From Candidatus Sigynarchaeum calidifontis (GTDB taxonomy: Archaea > Asgardarchaeota > Lokiarchaeia > Sigyniarchaeales > Sigyniarchaeaceae): 35,418 nucleotides of DNA. Position 1 is the stretch's first letter. Each line of letters opens with the position of its first letter. The position numbers and the translations under genes are program-made. Where the stretch lies: positions 1-35,418 of the forward strand of contig JAUQYZ020000193.1 of NCBI GenBank assembly GCA_030587475.2, written 5' to 3'. This document shows positions 34,579 through 35,418 of the stretch, in pieces. A model generated the notes under the pieces. That model did no database searches and was not told the origin of the DNA. It was given only the letters and a program-made list of their open reading frames with translations.

Positions 34579-35418
34579 CTAATCCAGGTCCTCGCCGCTT
34601 GGGGGCGTCTCGCCAGCCCCGCCGGAAGGCCCGCCCTTGCCTCCCGCAGTGGATTTCTTCGCCTGGATGACGTCATCGATACGGAGGATCATGTTGCACG
34701 CCTCGGTCGCGGAGCGGAGCGTTTGCTCGATCACGACCTTAGGCTGGATAACGTTGGCCGCGAGCATGTCCTCGACCTTGCCCGTGAACAAGTTGATGCC
34801 CGCGTTCTTCTGCCCCTCCTTGTGCTTCGAGCGGAGCTCCACGATCGTGTTTACCGGGTCGAGACCGCCATTCTCAGCAAGCGTGGCAGGGATGATCTCG
34901 AGCACGTCGGCGAATAACTCGATGGCCACTTGCTCCCGGCCGCTGTAAGTGTCCTTGTATTTGCGCAAGGCAGAGGCGAGCTCCGACTCGATCGCGCCAC
35001 CGCCAGCGACGTACGCGGGGCTCTCGATCGCGTCGGCGACGACGCACAGCGCGTCGTGCATGGCACGCTCGAGCTCCTCGACCACGTGCTCGGTGCCCGC
35101 GCGGATGAGGATGGAGACGGACTTGGGATTCTTGCACCCCTCGATGAAGATCATCATGTCCTTGCCGATTTTCCGCTCCTCCGCGAGAGCCGCCGAACCT
35201 AGATCTGCCGCCGAGAGTTCGCGGATGCTGTTAACCACGCGAGCGTGGGTGGCACGGGCAAGCTTGTCCATATCCGATTTCTTGACCCGTCGGATCGCCA
35301 TGATGCCAGCCTGGGCAAGGAACGTCTGGGCAACATCGTCGATGCCTTTCTGGCAGAAAACGACGTTCGCGCCCGCGGCCTTGATTTGGTCGACCATCTT
35401 CTTGAGCATCTTCTCCTC
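34579..35418 (-). CDS. Thermosome (group II chaperonin) subunit, 5' part outside the window
   Basis: EEKMLKKMV, NVVFCQKGIDD, RRVKKSDM, ERAMHDAL, GGGAIE and ILRIDDVI; frame open to the window edge. Confidence 0.97.
   Translation of the reverse strand, partial: EEKMLKKMVDQIKAAGANVVFCQKGIDDVAQTFLAQAGIMAIRRVKKSDMDKLARATHARVVNSIRELSAADLGSAALAEERKIGKDMMIFIEGCKNPKSVSILIRAGTEHVVEELERAMHDALCVVADAIESPAYVAGGGAIESELASALRKYKDTYSGREQVAIELFADVLEIIPATLAENGGLDPVNTIVELRSKHKEGQKNAGINLFTGKVEDMLAANVIQPKVVIEQTLRSATEACNMILRIDDVIQAKKSTAGGKGGPSGGAGETPPSGEDLD

Noticed and set aside
31513-35418. eif2g-dys-tsr3 and thermosome cluster
   Set aside because: Standard archaeal translation and folding housekeeping genes; useful for taxonomy only.

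Overview
Archaeal chromosomal segment, most likely from an Asgard archaeon (Lokiarchaeia-like). Archaeal markers are aIF2-gamma, thermosome, deoxyhypusine synthase, Tsr3, MfnB and a tRNA without encoded CCA. Eukaryote-like genes are a gelsolin-domain protein and two RING-type zinc fingers. Most of the window is housekeeping or metabolic (pyrC, nadC, thrC with RidA, GH2 beta-mannosidase, SDR, PfkB kinase, IMPase). Three things stand out. (1) The ORF at 16811-17779 has a helical N-terminus, a coiled coil, a long Pro/Gly-rich tract and a C-terminal helix (SLVSELNGVLAKRRKA) closely resembling the Ena/VASP F-actin-binding motif, so it is a candidate VASP/WH2-like actin regulator. It converges on a RING protein and a four-zinc-ribbon protein. 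(2) A gelsolin-domain gene is also directly followed by a RING gene. (3) A ~3.8 kb GC-rich, integrase-less insert lies between ~50-bp direct repeats at the 3' end of tRNA-Leu(CAG) and carries two orphan ORFs, the first apparently truncated at the att site. I also found a 51-aa zinc-ribbon gene missing from the ORF track, a 5'-truncated glutamine amidotransferase pseudogene and a divergent VTE5/VTE6-like prenol salvage pair. All family calls come from motif recognition by eye; no searches were run.
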